Source of the DNA: Carcharhinus amblyrhynchos
Lineage: Eukaryota
Direction of reading: 5' to 3'
Assembly (NCBI GenBank): GCA_965287045.1
Contig: OZ336883.1
Span: 15,872,001-15,936,000, forward strand
DNA: 64,000 nt
In this document: positions 1-11,930 of the stretch, in pieces
Numbering within the stretch: the first letter of the stretch is position 1
How the letters are laid out: the number at the start of each line of letters is the position of its first letter
The notes under the pieces: generated by a model
Told to the model about the DNA's origin: nothing
The model's input: the letters and a program-made list of their open reading frames with translations, nothing else
Database searches by the model: none
Program-made: the position numbers and the translations under genes

Positions 1-846
1 TGTGCACTGGAAAAGCTCCTCTCTAACTACTGGAAGTTGGTAACCATTTGGTCCAGATGGCACCCTCAGGGAACCCTCCACAGGATGTTGCCTTTGGTAG
101 AACAGGAAGATCTCACCAGCAGGAATGGTTAGAAAATCCAGGCCAGTGCCCATCAATTTGTTGATGCTATAAGGATTTCACAGAGGCAAGAGAGGTGTCA
201 AAATGCCAAATATGGTGGAAATATTCTATATGGAAAACACATTACCTGCTTTTTGACAAAGACTAAAGTATAGGTGTCTAGGTCTAGCCTTTTGGTCTTT
301 TGCATATGTAAAAATGCATTTGATTCACGGCCCCTTCCTGAAATGTGTTGATTGATTATAGAATTCTGTCCTGCAAAGATAAATTGATATTCACTTTAAT
401 CAGCACTGTATAAGTGTTATGATGCATTAGAGGGCTTTTCTCATTTGTCTATTTTTCCATTGTTAAAAGTACTCTTATGCATTCAAAACTAAAGAAAACA
501 TTGCTGGGGATTTCTGACTATACCAGCTTCATTGAACTAAGTCAACGAGTAGTCTAGCTAGTGTCCTTAATAGGAACTGCTTGAGGCTGCCAGCACAAAA
601 GTATGTTTTAAAAGTAATACTCACCTGATTGTGGAGCTGAGAAAGTGTGATCACTTATATTAGTTCCACAACAATGACTACTCTGGGCTTGATCATCTGG
701 TCATCCTCCCACCCCTCCCCATTAATGGCCCCAACCCACCGAACCATGCACACTCTTAATCACCTGCCTTCAACTTCCAGGACCTACCAGGAGACCAGCT
801 TGTTGACATTCATTCTGCCATTGTTGTCTGGTGACATGCACCTAAG

Positions 847-1302
847 GGGTGCTGATGGCCTAGTGGTAATATCACTGGACTATTAATCCAGAAGCTCAGC
901 TAATATTCTGGGGACCCGGGTTCAAACCCTACCCCACAGGTGGTGGAATTTGAATTCATATTAAAAACCTGGAATTGGGAATCTACTGATCATTGAAACA
1001 TTGGTTCCACTCTCCCCACAGTTGTTGTCAGACCTGCTGAGATTTTCCAGTTTTTTCTGTTTTTGTTGCAGATTCCAGCATCTGCGATAGTTTGCTTCAA
1101 TAAAACTATTGTCATTCATTGGAAAAACCCATCTGGTTCGATAATGGGGAGGAAATCTGCTGTCCTTACCTGTTCTGGCCTACGTGTAATTCCAGAGCCA
1201 CAGCAATGTGGTTGACTCTCAACTGCCCCCGGGCATCTAGGGATGGGCAATAAATGCTGGCCAGCCATTGACATCCATCTCCCATGAACGAATAAAAGAA
1301 AA
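847..1302 (+). mobile_element. tRNA-derived SINE (family B: TGGCCTAGTGG head, GGGATGGGCAATAAATGCTGGCC tail), interrupted by a PLE tail
   Basis: A-box tggcctagtgg, B-box ggttcaaaccc and an A-rich end; the same family recurs at 6195, 14972, 15575, 28650, 43262, 50636 and 53955. Confidence 0.85.
992..1102 (+). mobile_element. Penelope-like element 3' tail fragment (family 2) nested in a SINE
   Basis: Matches the gtcagacctgctgagattttccag...ccagcatctgc...ttttgct tail at 3560-3650 and 27590-27675. Confidence 0.65.
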
Positions 1303-1593
1303 GCTACACACCAGCCTAATTTTAATAAAGCCTAACTGCTGATTTCAATTAGCCCTCAGGCCTATGAAATTCAGGCAAAACAGGGATCATTGCTTTGATG
1401 GCTATTAACATTTCAAATGAAAAAGGATGTAGTTGTTTGTTTCAGTTCAAAAGTGGGAAACAATATCACGATCCAAGTCATTTGACAAACAGCTTAAATT
1501 GTGGCATTTTAAAAGTGTGTAAGAAATAAATAAAATGCACTCACCTCGTGATTGAATAACAATGTTTAACTTTGTGTTGCTTCACAACAGCAA

Positions 1594-1894
1594 CAGGGTG
1601 ACACAGTGGTTAGCACTGCTGCCTCACAGTGCCCGGGGCTCGGGTTCAAATCCCAGCTTCAGTGGCCACCTGTGTGGAGTTTGCACATTCTTCCCATGTC
1701 TGCGAGGGTTTCCTCCAAGTGCTCCGGCTTCCTCCCACAGTCAGGAAGGCATACTGGTTAGGTGCATTGGCCATGCTAAGGTCACCCTCAGTGTATCCAA
1801 AAGGGCACCAGAGTGTGGCGACTCGGGGATTTTCACAGTAACTTCATTGCAGTGTTAATGTAAGCCGACTTGTGACACTAATAAATCAACTTTT
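1594..1894 (+). mobile_element. V-SINE (HE1-like head and core, alternative 'tail 2')
   Basis: cagtggttagcactgctgcctcacag head, gggtttcctcc..gtgctccgg..tcctcccacagtc V-domain, tail ttttcacagtaacttcattgcagtg...gtgacactaataaa. Confidence 0.9.
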
Positions 1895-1974
1895 AAAAAA
1901 ATGTTGTTATTCACTTGTAGTAATAATCATGCGGTAAACTTAAACCAGACAACTGTTCCTGTCAGGTTCAGATG

Positions 1975-2088
1975 ACATTAGGTGCATTGATCCGAACAGA
2001 CGCTGGACTGTGCTAACTAGGGGAATTTCACAGTAACTTCATTGCAGTCTTAATGTAAGCCTTACTTGTGACTAATAAATAAACTTTA
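1975..2088 (+). mobile_element. 5'-truncated V-SINE tail-2 fragment
   Basis: Tail nearly identical to 1800-1894. Confidence 0.75.
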
Positions 2089-2549
2089 CACAATGTATTA
2101 AAACACATTTGCCATTAGACATTTAAGTTTTAATTTAGTTAGGCACACTGATTCCTTCTCTTTCCCTTTCACACCCACAAACTAAGTATATCTAGACAGC
2201 CTCGCTGTACTGGTTCAGTTGGGCATCATTTCGCAATATAAAAGCTACCCTCAAGGTTCAGAGATGTTTATGGGTTTTAAAATAGTATCCTGAAGCATGG
2301 GCTCAGGGATATGGCTAGGGTCATGAAAGGAGCTCTGCATTATATCTATGTTTGATTTCATTACGCCTCCTCTGCGAAAGGATTGCATTCCATTTCCACA
2401 GTTGTTACTCTTTGCCTCCACTTCAACAAGAACAATAAGCATTTATGTAGCCCCTTGAACATAGCAAAGAATTCCAAAGCATTTTGCGGGAGGGTGAGCG
2501 AACAAAATTTGAGACTGAGTCACACGGTAAAATATTATACAAGCGATCA

Positions 2550-3650
2550 ACAGAACATGCTAGAAAATCTCAACAGGTCTTACCACATCTGTGGAGAGAG
2601 AATAGAGCTAATGTTTAGAGTCTAAATGACCCCTCATCAGAGCTTAGAGCAAAGATAGTCAGAATTGATTTATATTATGAGGGTGGGGAAGGGGATTGCT
2701 GCAATAGAAGGAAGGAAATGTAAATGTGATGACGCGGGCTGAGAAAGGTCAAATGCGGGCAATTGGGACGAGCCATAAATGGGAGGCATGGACAAGTTGG
2801 GCCGAAGGGCCTGTTTCCATGCTGTAAACCTCAAAGAATGATTCTATGACTGTATGGAAAGTGTCCATTAAGTGATCAAAATGTGTGAATGGCGGAACAG
2901 GTTTACAGATTGTTAAAGGACTGCCTGAGGAATGTGGCAGTTGCCCTGAAAGTGGCAGTACTTGTGGGATGCAAGAAGGAGAGTTGGAATGGAGAAGTGG
3001 GAAAGTGGAAGTGAGAAAGAATGATGATAAAAATGGATGAATGTGATGAAAAAAAGGAACAAGATGAAATAAATGGAAATGGGGTGAAGGTGGAGGAGAG
3101 TTCACACTCTGAAGTTGTTGACTTCCTGACTGAACATTGAGTTCAACAACTTCAAAGCATAAACTCTCTTCTCCACCTTCACCCCACTTCCAATTATTTT
3201 ATTTCATCTTGTTTCTTTCTTTTCGTTTCATTCATCCATTTTTATCGTCCTTCTTTATCATTTCCATTTTTCCACTTCTCCATTCCAGCTCTCCTTCTTG
3301 CCTCCTCCACAATTCCCCCTTCCAGGGCACCTGCCATAATCCTCAGGCAATCCCTGAACAATCTGTACCTCTGTTCTGCCATTCACACACTCTGATCACT
3401 TAATGGACACTTTTCGGGTCATTCTCAGCCTTCTTTATCCTCGTTTACATTCCCTTTGTCCTATTACAGCCCCCTGCCCTTACAGTATACATTTCTTCTG
3501 ATTTTCTTTGCTCGTACCTCTGATGAAGTGTCAGCTAGACTCAAAATGTTGGCCCGATTCTCTCCTCACAGATGCTGTCAGATCTGCTGGGATTTTCCAG
3601 AATTTCCTGTTTTTGTTTCAGATGCCAACATCTGCAGTATTTTGCTTTTA
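2550..3650. mobile_element. Penelope-like element ends as a ~1.1-kb inverted repeat (arms ~2550-3121 and ~3143-3650)
   Basis: Arms are reverse complements (ORFs 2749..3105- and 3137..3403+ give similar low-complexity peptides); centre reads LNIEFNNFKA*, like a PLE GIY-YIG C-terminus; both outer ends carry decayed hammerhead motifs. Confidence 0.75.
2749..2850 (+). mobile_element. CR1 LINE 3' tail nested in the left PLE arm
   Basis: ggcatggacaagttgggccgaagggcctgtttccatgctgta...attctatga CR1 terminal stem and repeat. Confidence 0.75.
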
Positions 3651-3789
3651 TCTTTGGTCAAAACATTGGCTTTTAAGGAACATCTGGAATGAGGAGAGGG
3701 AGGTCGAGAGGCAGCAAGGTTTGATGGGGTGGGGAAGGGATGGGATTTCAGAGCTCAGGGTTTAGGCAATCTTCAGAGAACTTTAAATC

Positions 3790-4365
3790 ATGTTGCACTC
3801 CATAAAATGGATCCATAGTTGAATTGGGCAGCCAGTTAAGGACCAAATTAGGGTATTTGTCCAATGTTAGAGCGGTGTCCAACTATGTGTGGAGGTTATC
3901 AGCTCAATTGAGGCTGCTTCTTGGTGATAGTCATGACGACCATCAGAACCAGAGTCCCCGTGACCCAATGATGGGATCAGAGGTTTGAATGGCTGCAGCC
4001 CCATCAATAGCCCTGAGGAGGAATTTACCCTCCAACTCAATATCCTTGTTGGCTTCGGGCTTTGATATTTCACCAATTTTCTTCAGCCAATTGAGGGCAC
4101 CACTTTGTTGAGGTTCCCCTGCCTCCCTCAGCAGTCCCACATGTTCTGATGGAGCTACTGGCCTGACATTACCGTGGGGATGGGCCCTGTAGCCTTGAGA
4201 GTCTGCCTGCAGCCCTCAATAAGATAACTAGCATGTGAGCAGCTAGTTAGGAGGCAGCATCCTGGGCGGTTGTGCCGACAGGTACGGTGACAATATGAAT
4301 GGGCTTGGGACCCCTACATGGACCTGGCAGTGAAGTCCTGACACCTGCTCAAAAATCCAGTCCAA
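3790..4365. mobile_element. Probable decayed non-autonomous DNA transposon
   Basis: GC-richer block ending aaaatccagtcc like the window's MITE termini; repeated caattgagg motifs. Confidence 0.35.
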
Positions 4366-4387
4366 AGTCTCTGCTGTGAGGAATGGA

Positions 4388-4955
4388 CATAAGACCATAA
4401 GACACAGGAACAGAATTAGGCCACTCGGCCCATCGAGTCTGCTTCGCCATTCAATCATGGCTGATATTTTTCTCATCCCCATTCTCCTGCCTTTTCCCCA
4501 TAACCCCTGATTCCCTTATTAATCAAGAACCTATCTCTGTCTTAAAGACTCTCAATGACCTGCCTCCACAACCTTCTGCAGCAAAGAGTTTCATAGATTC
4601 ACCATTCTCTGGTTGAAGAAATTCCTCCTCACCTCTGTTCTAAAGAATCATCCCTTTAGCCTGAGATTGTGCCCTCTGGTTCTAGTTTTCTCTACTAGTG
4701 GAAACATCCTCTCCACGTCTGCTCTATCCAGGCCTCGCAGTACCCTCTAAGTTTCAATAAGATACCTGCTCATTCTTCTAAACTCCAAAGAATACAGACC
4801 CAGAGTCCTCAACCGTTCCTCATATGACAAGCTCTTCATTCCAGGGATCAGTCTTGTGAACCTCCTCTGGACCCTTTCCAAGGTCAGCACGTTCTTCCTT
4901 AGATATGGGGTCCGATACTGCTCACAATACTCCAAATGGGGTCTGACCAGACCCC
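4388..4955 (-). mobile_element. CR1 (HER1-like) LINE 3' fragment
   Basis: ORF 4747..4935- EYCEQY..LERVQRRFTRLIPG..SYEERLRTLGLYSLEFRR is the CR1 ORF2 C-terminus; ends in a (cataaga)n tail. Confidence 0.92.
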
Positions 4956-5596
4956 ATGCAGTTTAAAGGATCTTATGACACTACAGCAAAAAAAATCTTA
5001 ACTTCAAACCCAGCAGGAAGTCATCCCTAGCTGGCATAACATATAGTTTGGTTTATCATACCATCTATCTTCAAGGACATGAGAGTGAGATTAGCCAATA
5101 AATGTTGATTCCGGCATTTACACTAGTGAGCGCACAATCTGCAATCCAATCCTTTGATTAAGAAAAAAGAGTGAGAGCTATTAGATGACAAGGCTGGTGA
5201 CATTGGAGTCTCACACTGCCATGGATCTATATTGGGGTCAGTGTTAAATGCCTTGCTCATTCTGCATAGTTATCCATGTATTTTCAGATGAGAACAAGTT
5301 TAAAAAGCAATTTAAAATAAAGACAATAACAATTCTGCGAAACTAAAGAGTACTGTCACTTGGAGGGTAGAAACAGAGAGGACTTTTGCTAGCTTTCTGT
5401 GAGGAACTGAGAGTATTTTCTGTATTTTTGTTATATTTCTATTTTTTTGGCTATGTCATTTCAATTAAATATTTCACCATGTTGTTGCGCAGAAACTACA
5501 TCTAAAAGAGGTTTGTCCACACATATATATGCTTAGGTAATGGGGTGTATAACGTAAGAGGTTTTCCTTAACCATGATAATTCATCATGAATGTTT

Positions 5597-5800
5597 AGTT
5601 TATTTATTAGTATCACAAGTAGGCTTACATTAACATTGCAATAAAATTACTCTGAAAATCCCCAAGTCCCACCTTCCGGCGCCTGTTCGGGTACACTGAG
5701 GGGAAATTTAGCATGGTTAATGCACCTAACTAGCACGTCTTTCGGGCTGTGGGAGGAAACCGGAGCATCTAGAGGAAACCCATGCAGACACGGGGAGAAC
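5597..5800 (-). mobile_element. V-SINE tail-2 (headless), fused to a family-B SINE tail on the + strand (5805-5900)
   Basis: Reverse complement of 1690-1894, followed by tgactccagagccacag...ctagggatggg. Confidence 0.8.
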
Positions 5801-6194
5801 ACGCTGGCCTGGCATACATATGACTCCAGAGCCACAGTCAAGTTGGTTGACTCTGAACTATATTTAGGCGGCTAGGGATGGGAATGAATGCTGGCAGTAA
5901 TACATGATCATAATACATTAGCAATGAAGGCATGAAAGTTTCTAAAATTTTATTATACTAGCGCAAGGTTTAGCTTTACACAGATTCAGAGGCCAGAGTG
6001 GGAAATAAACAGCAGACACATTAAGCAAGTCCGAGTGTCTGAGGTCCAGGGAGACAATAGCAGGAAAAGCTGAAACTTGTAAGAGATTTGGAGGCCACGG
6101 GGAGGAAGAAAGCTCGAAGGGAGGCCCAGGAATGAGGGGAGGTTGCAGAAGTGAAGGGGAAGCACATAGCACAAGTCCCTGAAGACCAGAACCA

Positions 6195-6527
6195 AGGGGA
6201 AGTGATGTCCTAGTGGTAATATTGCTAGATTATTAATCAAGAAACTCAACTAATGTTCTGGGGAGCAAGGTTTGAAATCCGCCACGGCAGATGGAGGAAT
6301 TTGAATTTAATAAAGAAGGTCTGGAATTAAGAATCTACTGATGACCATGAAACCATTGCCATCTGGTTCACTACTGCCCTTTAGGGAAAGAAATCTGCCG
6401 TCCCTTACCCAGTCGGCCTCCATGTGCCACAGCAATGTGGTTAACTCTGAACTGTCCTCGCGTGACTAGGGATGGGCAATAAATACTGGCCAGCCAGCGA
6501 CGCCCATATCCCGTGAATGAATAAAAA
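6195..6527 (+). mobile_element. tRNA-derived SINE family B
   Basis: Colinear with 847-1302 once that copy's nested insert is removed. Confidence 0.88.
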
Positions 6528-7296
6528 GAGAGGAAAAATCTCCTGGTGGTTAAAGAGGAGCTAAAAATGTTTTACGTTGCAAATTTTGTGAAATATAATT
6601 GCAGAAAGAAAGCATTTCCCGTATCATTGAGAAATGATGCAGACACTCAGAAATATTCGAATTGAGACTACAGACACCAATCAGAAGCAATAGAAAGCTG
6701 AGACACGATCCTACAGCCAGACGTGAAACATTTTCACATCCTAAACCACAGCGACAATAGAATTCAAACACGGCTTCTGCATGTCCACATCAGAACCTGA
6801 ATGCAATGAAAAAAAAAGATTTCACACACAGTATGGGACACAAAAATGCACAGGCATAGATTAACCTCTAGCTAAATATGGTGTTTATAACTTATATAAT
6901 GAAACAATGCCACTTTAAATGTAAATGTTATCAAGTTTTGAAATGTTTGTAACAGGGCCAGGAACTGACCCCAAACCATTTATTCATCTCAAGCTGAACA
7001 AAGCTCAGCCGAGGCAATGATTAGCTTCAACTGAATTTTTTGAAGACATCATAGCAACAAGCGCGTGATGTCGCAATGGGTTCACCCACAGGCGGAATGG
7101 AGAGGTCGAAGGAGGTGATAGTACATCGCACGCTATTTGGTTTAAACTATTTCTTTACAAAATTGGCAGCTCTCATACCGATATAAATTTCTAAAGTGGA
7201 CTGTAATATAAAGAGTGTGGCGCCTTCTGAGACAGAGAGAGAGAGAGAAGGAGGAGCACTTTTTAATCTCCCTGAAGTTTCATAAACAAGCAGACA

Positions 7297-7620
7297 CATA
7301 GAAAACATAGAAGATAGGAGCAGGAGGAGGCCATTTGGCCCTTTGAGCCTGCTCCTGTATTCATCACGATCATAGCTGGTCATCCAATTCAATAACCCAA
7401 TCCTGCTTTGTCCCCATAATCTTTGATCCCGTTTGCCCCAAGTGCTATATCCAGCCGCCTCTTGAATACATTCAATGTTTTGGCATCAGCTACGTCCTGT
7501 GGTAATGAATTCCACAGGCTCACCACTCATTGGGTGAAGAAATGTCTCCTCACCTCCATCCTAAATGGTCTACCCTGAATCCTCAGACTGGTTCTGGACT
7601 CCCCCACCATCGAGAATGTC
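7297..7620 (-). mobile_element. CR1 LINE 3' fragment
   Basis: (catagaa)n tail and RMEVRRHFFTQ peptide; closely similar to 60975-61310. Confidence 0.88.
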
Positions 7621-8154
7621 CAAAGAAAACGGGCAGTGATAAGTATCCTTGAATCTCCACCTATTTTGCATCCGACATGTTTCCAACAGTCAGTTAAATT
7701 GGCCAAAAACAAGCAAGAACTCCACTGTAATAGAGATTAAAGGATCATTTACCACTGAGATGCTCCCATGACCTTGTATTATTTACACTAATTCTAAGTG
7801 AGTTGACAAAACTGCCCATCTACATCTGTTGCCCAGTAGGATGACAAAAATGCAGAGGTGAATGCAATTTTTTTTTGCAGTTTTTTCTTTTCCTCTAATC
7901 CACCTAATGGAAGGAAGGAGTTTTTGTGTGTCTGATTTCATCATATTTTGCATCAATTCTGGACATGTGAACATTGTATCACCCTCAAGTAACCCCATAA
8001 TTTTGCTGTCTTCATCAGGGTGAAGCAGTGGAACTGTTGCATGCCAGGCAACTGATGTTTGGTGGCGAAGGTCTATCAATGAGGGTGGATTGGGGGGGTG
8101 GTGGCAGCACTGTCGATACCCACCCACCACCCACTCGTGCAGCAGCAAATAACA

Positions 8155-8830
8155 TTTAGTTATAGAGTTTTACAGCACAGAATGAGGCCCTTTGGCCCAT
8201 TGTGCCTACAACGGCCATCAAGCATCAACTATTCTAATCCCATTTTCCAGCACTCAGCCTATAGCCTTATCTGCTGTGGCATTTCACGTGCTCATCTAAA
8301 TACTTCTTCAATGTTGTGAAGGCTCCTGCCTCGACTTTCGGGCAGTGAGTTAATAGCTGTTCAATGAACTTGAACTGGTGCTTGCATCCGACCACACTTG
8401 CTACAACTCCACATTCATTTGTCTGAGAGTGGATACATAACACTATCTACGAAGGGGGAAAAATCCTTCCTAGCTACCCTGTCCTGTGTCCCTCAAAATT
8501 TTGTGCACTTTAATCAGGTCCCTGCTCAGCCTTCTCTGCTCCAAGGAAAACAACTCCTGTCTAACCAAACTCTCATCGTAGATGTAATTCTCCAGCCCAG
8601 ACAACACCCTGATGAATCTCCTCTCCACCCATACTAGTGCAATCACATCCTTCCTCTAGTGCAGTGACCAGAACTACACACAGTACTCCACCTGCGGCTT
8701 AGTGAGCATTTTGTTAAGCTCCATCATAACCTCCCTGCTCTTATATTCCATGCTTCGGCTAATAAAGGCAAGTATCCCACATGCCTGCTTAACCACCTTA
8801 TCTACCCTTCCTGCTCTCTTCAATGATTTT
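8155..8830 (-). mobile_element. CR1 LINE 3' fragment
   Basis: ORF 8674..8913- VDKVVKQACGILAFISRSMEYKSREVM..TKPQVEYCV is CR1 ORF2. Confidence 0.85.
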
Positions 8831-9038
8831 ATCCAAACTTGTCTGAGGATTTCTCTCTGTGTTGGTTCTAGTTCACCTACAAGGCTGTGACACAGTGGTG
8901 CCATCTGTTGCAAATGGATCCAAACAACTGTTTTAGAGAAGGCACAGAATCCCCACAGTGCGGAAGAAGCCCATTCGGTCTATTGAGTCTGCACCACAAT
9001 CCTACCCGGGCCCTATTCCCATAACCCCACATATTTAC

Positions 9039-10665
9039 ATTGAACAGTACAGCACAGTACAGGCTCTTCGGCCTTCGATATTGTGCCGAGCTTTGTCCAA
9101 AACCAAGATCAAGCTATCCCGCTCCCTATCATTCTGGTGTGCTCAATCTGCCTATCCAATAACCGCTGGTTAGTTCCTAAAGTATCTGACTCCACTATCA
9201 CAGCAGGCAGTCCATTCCACACCCCAACCACTCTCTGAGTAAAGAACCTAGCTCGGACATCCTTCCTATATCTCCTACCACAAACCTTAAAGTGATGCCC
9301 CCTAGTAACAGCTACGTCCACCTGAGAAAATAATCTCTGAATGTCCACTCTATCTATCCCCCTCATCATCTTATAAACTTCTATTAAGTTGCCTCTCATC
9401 CCCCTCCGCTCTAAAGAGAAAAGCCTGAGCTCCCTCAACCTTTCGTCATAAGATCTATCCTCCAAATAGGCAGCATCCTGGTAAATTTCCTCTGCGCTCT
9501 CTCCAATGCTTCCACATCCTTCTTATATTGAGGTGACCAGATCTGCACACAATGTTCCAAATGCGATCTCACCAAGGTCCTGTACAGTTGCAGCACGACC
9601 CCACAGCTCTTAAAATCAAACCTCCTGTTAATAAACGCTCACACACTATCGGTCTTCTTCACGGCTCTATTCACTTGAGTGGAACCTTTGGAGATCTGTG
9701 GATATGAACCCCAAGATGTCTCTGTTTCTCCACATTCCTCAGAACCCTGCCATTGACCCTGTAATCAGCATTCAAGTTTGTCCTACCAAAATGAATCAAT
9801 TCGCACTTATCAGGGTTAAACTTCGTCTGCCACTTTTCAGCCCAGCTCTGCATTCTATCAATATCTCTTTGCAGCCTACAATAGCCCTCCACCTCATCCA
9901 CTACTCCACCAATCTTGGTGTCATCAGCAAATTTACTGACCCACCCTTCAGCCCCCTCCTCCAAGTCATTGATAAAAATCACAAATAGCAGAAGACCCAG
10001 CACTGATCCCTGTGATACACCGCTGGTAATGGTCTCCAGTCTAAAAATTTTCCATTCACCACCACCCTTTGTCTTCTATGAGATAGCTAGTTACTTATTC
10101 AATCGGCCAAATTTTCCTCTACCCCACACCTCCTTACTTTCTTCATGAGCTTTCCATGGGGAACCTTATCAAACGCCTTACTAAAATCTATGTATACGAC
10201 ATCAACTACTCTACCTTCATCTACACACTTAGTTACCTCCTCAAGACATTCAACCTCATTTGTGAACCATGGTTCCCTCACTCAGCCATTTCCTCCCTGC
10301 CTGACAGGGACATACCTATCAAGGACACATAGTATTTATTCCTTGAACAAGCTCCAATTTTCATTTGTGCCTTTCCCTGACAGTTTCTGTTCCCATTTTA
10401 TGTTCCCTAATTCTTGCCTAATTGCATCATCATTACCCCTCCTCCAATTATAAACCTTGCTCTGCCGTGTGGTCCTATCCTTCTCCATTGCAATAATGAT
10501 AGACACCAAATTGTGATCACTATCTCCAAAGCGCTCTCCCACAAACAAATCTAACACTTGACCTAGTTCATTACCCAGAACCAAGTCCAATGTGACCCCA
10601 CCTCTTGTCGTCCTATCCACATATTGTGTCAGGAAACCCTCCTGCACACGCTATACAAAAACTGC
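9039..10665 (-). mobile_element. CR1 (HER1-like) LINE, 1.6-kb 5'-truncated and internally deleted ORF2 with RT domain
   Basis: Peptides FLTQYVDRTTRGGVTLDLVL, VDVVYIDFSKAFDKVPH, LLFVIFINDL..WVSKFADDTKIGG and FFTQRVVGVWNGLP. Confidence 0.95.
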
Positions 10666-10666
10666 C

Positions 10667-10803
10667 TCTCAGTTTTAACATGAATAATTTATCTAATATC
10701 CATTGCTATTTGTAGAAGACAGTTCCGAACTTCTCCCACACTTTGGGTGAAGAAATGTATCCTAATTTCACTTCTGAAAAGTCTGTCACTTATCATAGAA
10801 TCC
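10667..10803 (-). repeat. Inverted local duplicate of 11665-11809 (SINE end plus old CR1 flank)
   Basis: Reverse complement aligns closely with 11665-11809, including the SINE-flank junction. Confidence 0.8.
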
Positions 10804-11269
10804 CAACGATTACCTTGCTAATCCCCTAACACTAGGGTCAATTTAGCATGGCCAATCAATGTAACACGCACATCTTTGGACTGTGGGAGGAAACCGGAGC
10901 ACCCAGAGGAAACCCACACACACACACAGAGAATGTGCAGACTCCACACAGACAGCCACCCAAGCCAGGAATTGAACCCAGGTCTCTGGTGCTGTGAGGC
11001 AACAGTGCTAACCACTGTGCCACCGTACTTTCCATTTGATGTCACAGCAAACCTCCACGTGCCTATCTTAAAGTACTATTGTATTTGACTCATGCTGGGC
11101 ATCTCTAATATTCGCACATAGTTGGACTTTTGGCCTCTCTCTAGCTCACCACAATATTAGCCCAGTACACATTTGGTTAGTTAGGCACCCACTCCTTAAC
11201 TGTCACCAAAGCATCAATAACAACCCTAGAATGTTGGAACAGAGAGCCTGAAGACAAACAAAAGTAGCA

Positions 11270-11930
11270 ATTGAGGCATTTTGAGATCATTTATGGGAAC
11301 AGATAAGGTTGACAGAGAGAAATCACCTTTGCGAATACAGCTGACTTCAGACATACTCAAAACATTAGAGGCAGCACGGTGGCACAGTGGTTAGCACTGC
11401 TGCCTCACAGCACTAGGAGCCCAGGTTCGATTACGGCCTCAGGTGACTGTCTGTGTGGAGTTTACATGTTCTCCCCGTATCTGTGTGGGTTTCCTTCAGG
11501 TGCTCCGGCCTCCTCCCCCAGTCCAAAGATGTTCAGGTTAGATGGATTGGCCATGCTAAATTAGTATCAGGGGGACTAGCTCGGGTAAATATGGGGTTAG
11601 GGCCTGGGTGGGATCGTGGTCAGTGCAGGCTCAATGGGCCAAATGTCCTCCTGCTGCACTGTCAGGATTCTATGATTGTATGATTAGCGATAGGTTTTTC
11701 AGGAGTGAAATTAGGATATGTTTCTTCACCCAAAGTGTGGGAGAAGTTCGGAACTGTCTTCCAAAAAGTGCAATAGATATTAGATAAATTATTCATGTTA
11801 AAACTGAGATTGAATGATCGATTTTTCTTAGTCAAAGTTATTACAGGGCATGGAGTTTGGTGGCTGGTCTACCGGGATCTCATTGAATGGATCAAGCTTG
11901 AGGGGCTAAAATATCTAATCCTTTTCCGAC
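11270..11930 (+). mobile_element. Old CR1 3' fragment interrupted by a SINE at 11369-11685
   Basis: gataaggttgacagagagaaa ... ttcttcacccaaagtgtgggagaagttcggaac ... gcttgaggggctaaa tail. Confidence 0.65.
11369..11685 (+). mobile_element. HE1-like V-SINE with CR1-type tail
   Basis: Full tRNA head, V-domain, tail gggccaaatgtcctcctgctgcactgtcaggattctatgatt. Confidence 0.92.

Larger units (their letters stand above)
2430..3770 (-). mobile_element. L2-type LINE 3' end (2430-2549 and 3652-3770) split by the PLE inverted structure
   Basis: gcatttatgtagcc... terminus on the left; continues on the right as ttggtcaaa...ttttaagga...gagagggaggtcgagagg, which resembles 50130-50230. Confidence 0.55.
8945..11027 (-). 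mobile_element. HE1-like V-SINE split into tail (8945-9038) and body/head (10810-11027) by a CR1 insertion
   Basis: The tail stops at ...catatttac and the body resumes at ttaccttgctaatcccc, which are contiguous in intact copies such as 25004-25320. Confidence 0.75.

Noticed and set aside
11369-11440. tRNA genes
   Set aside because: A/B boxes are SINE heads followed by SINE bodies; no complete cloverleaf seen
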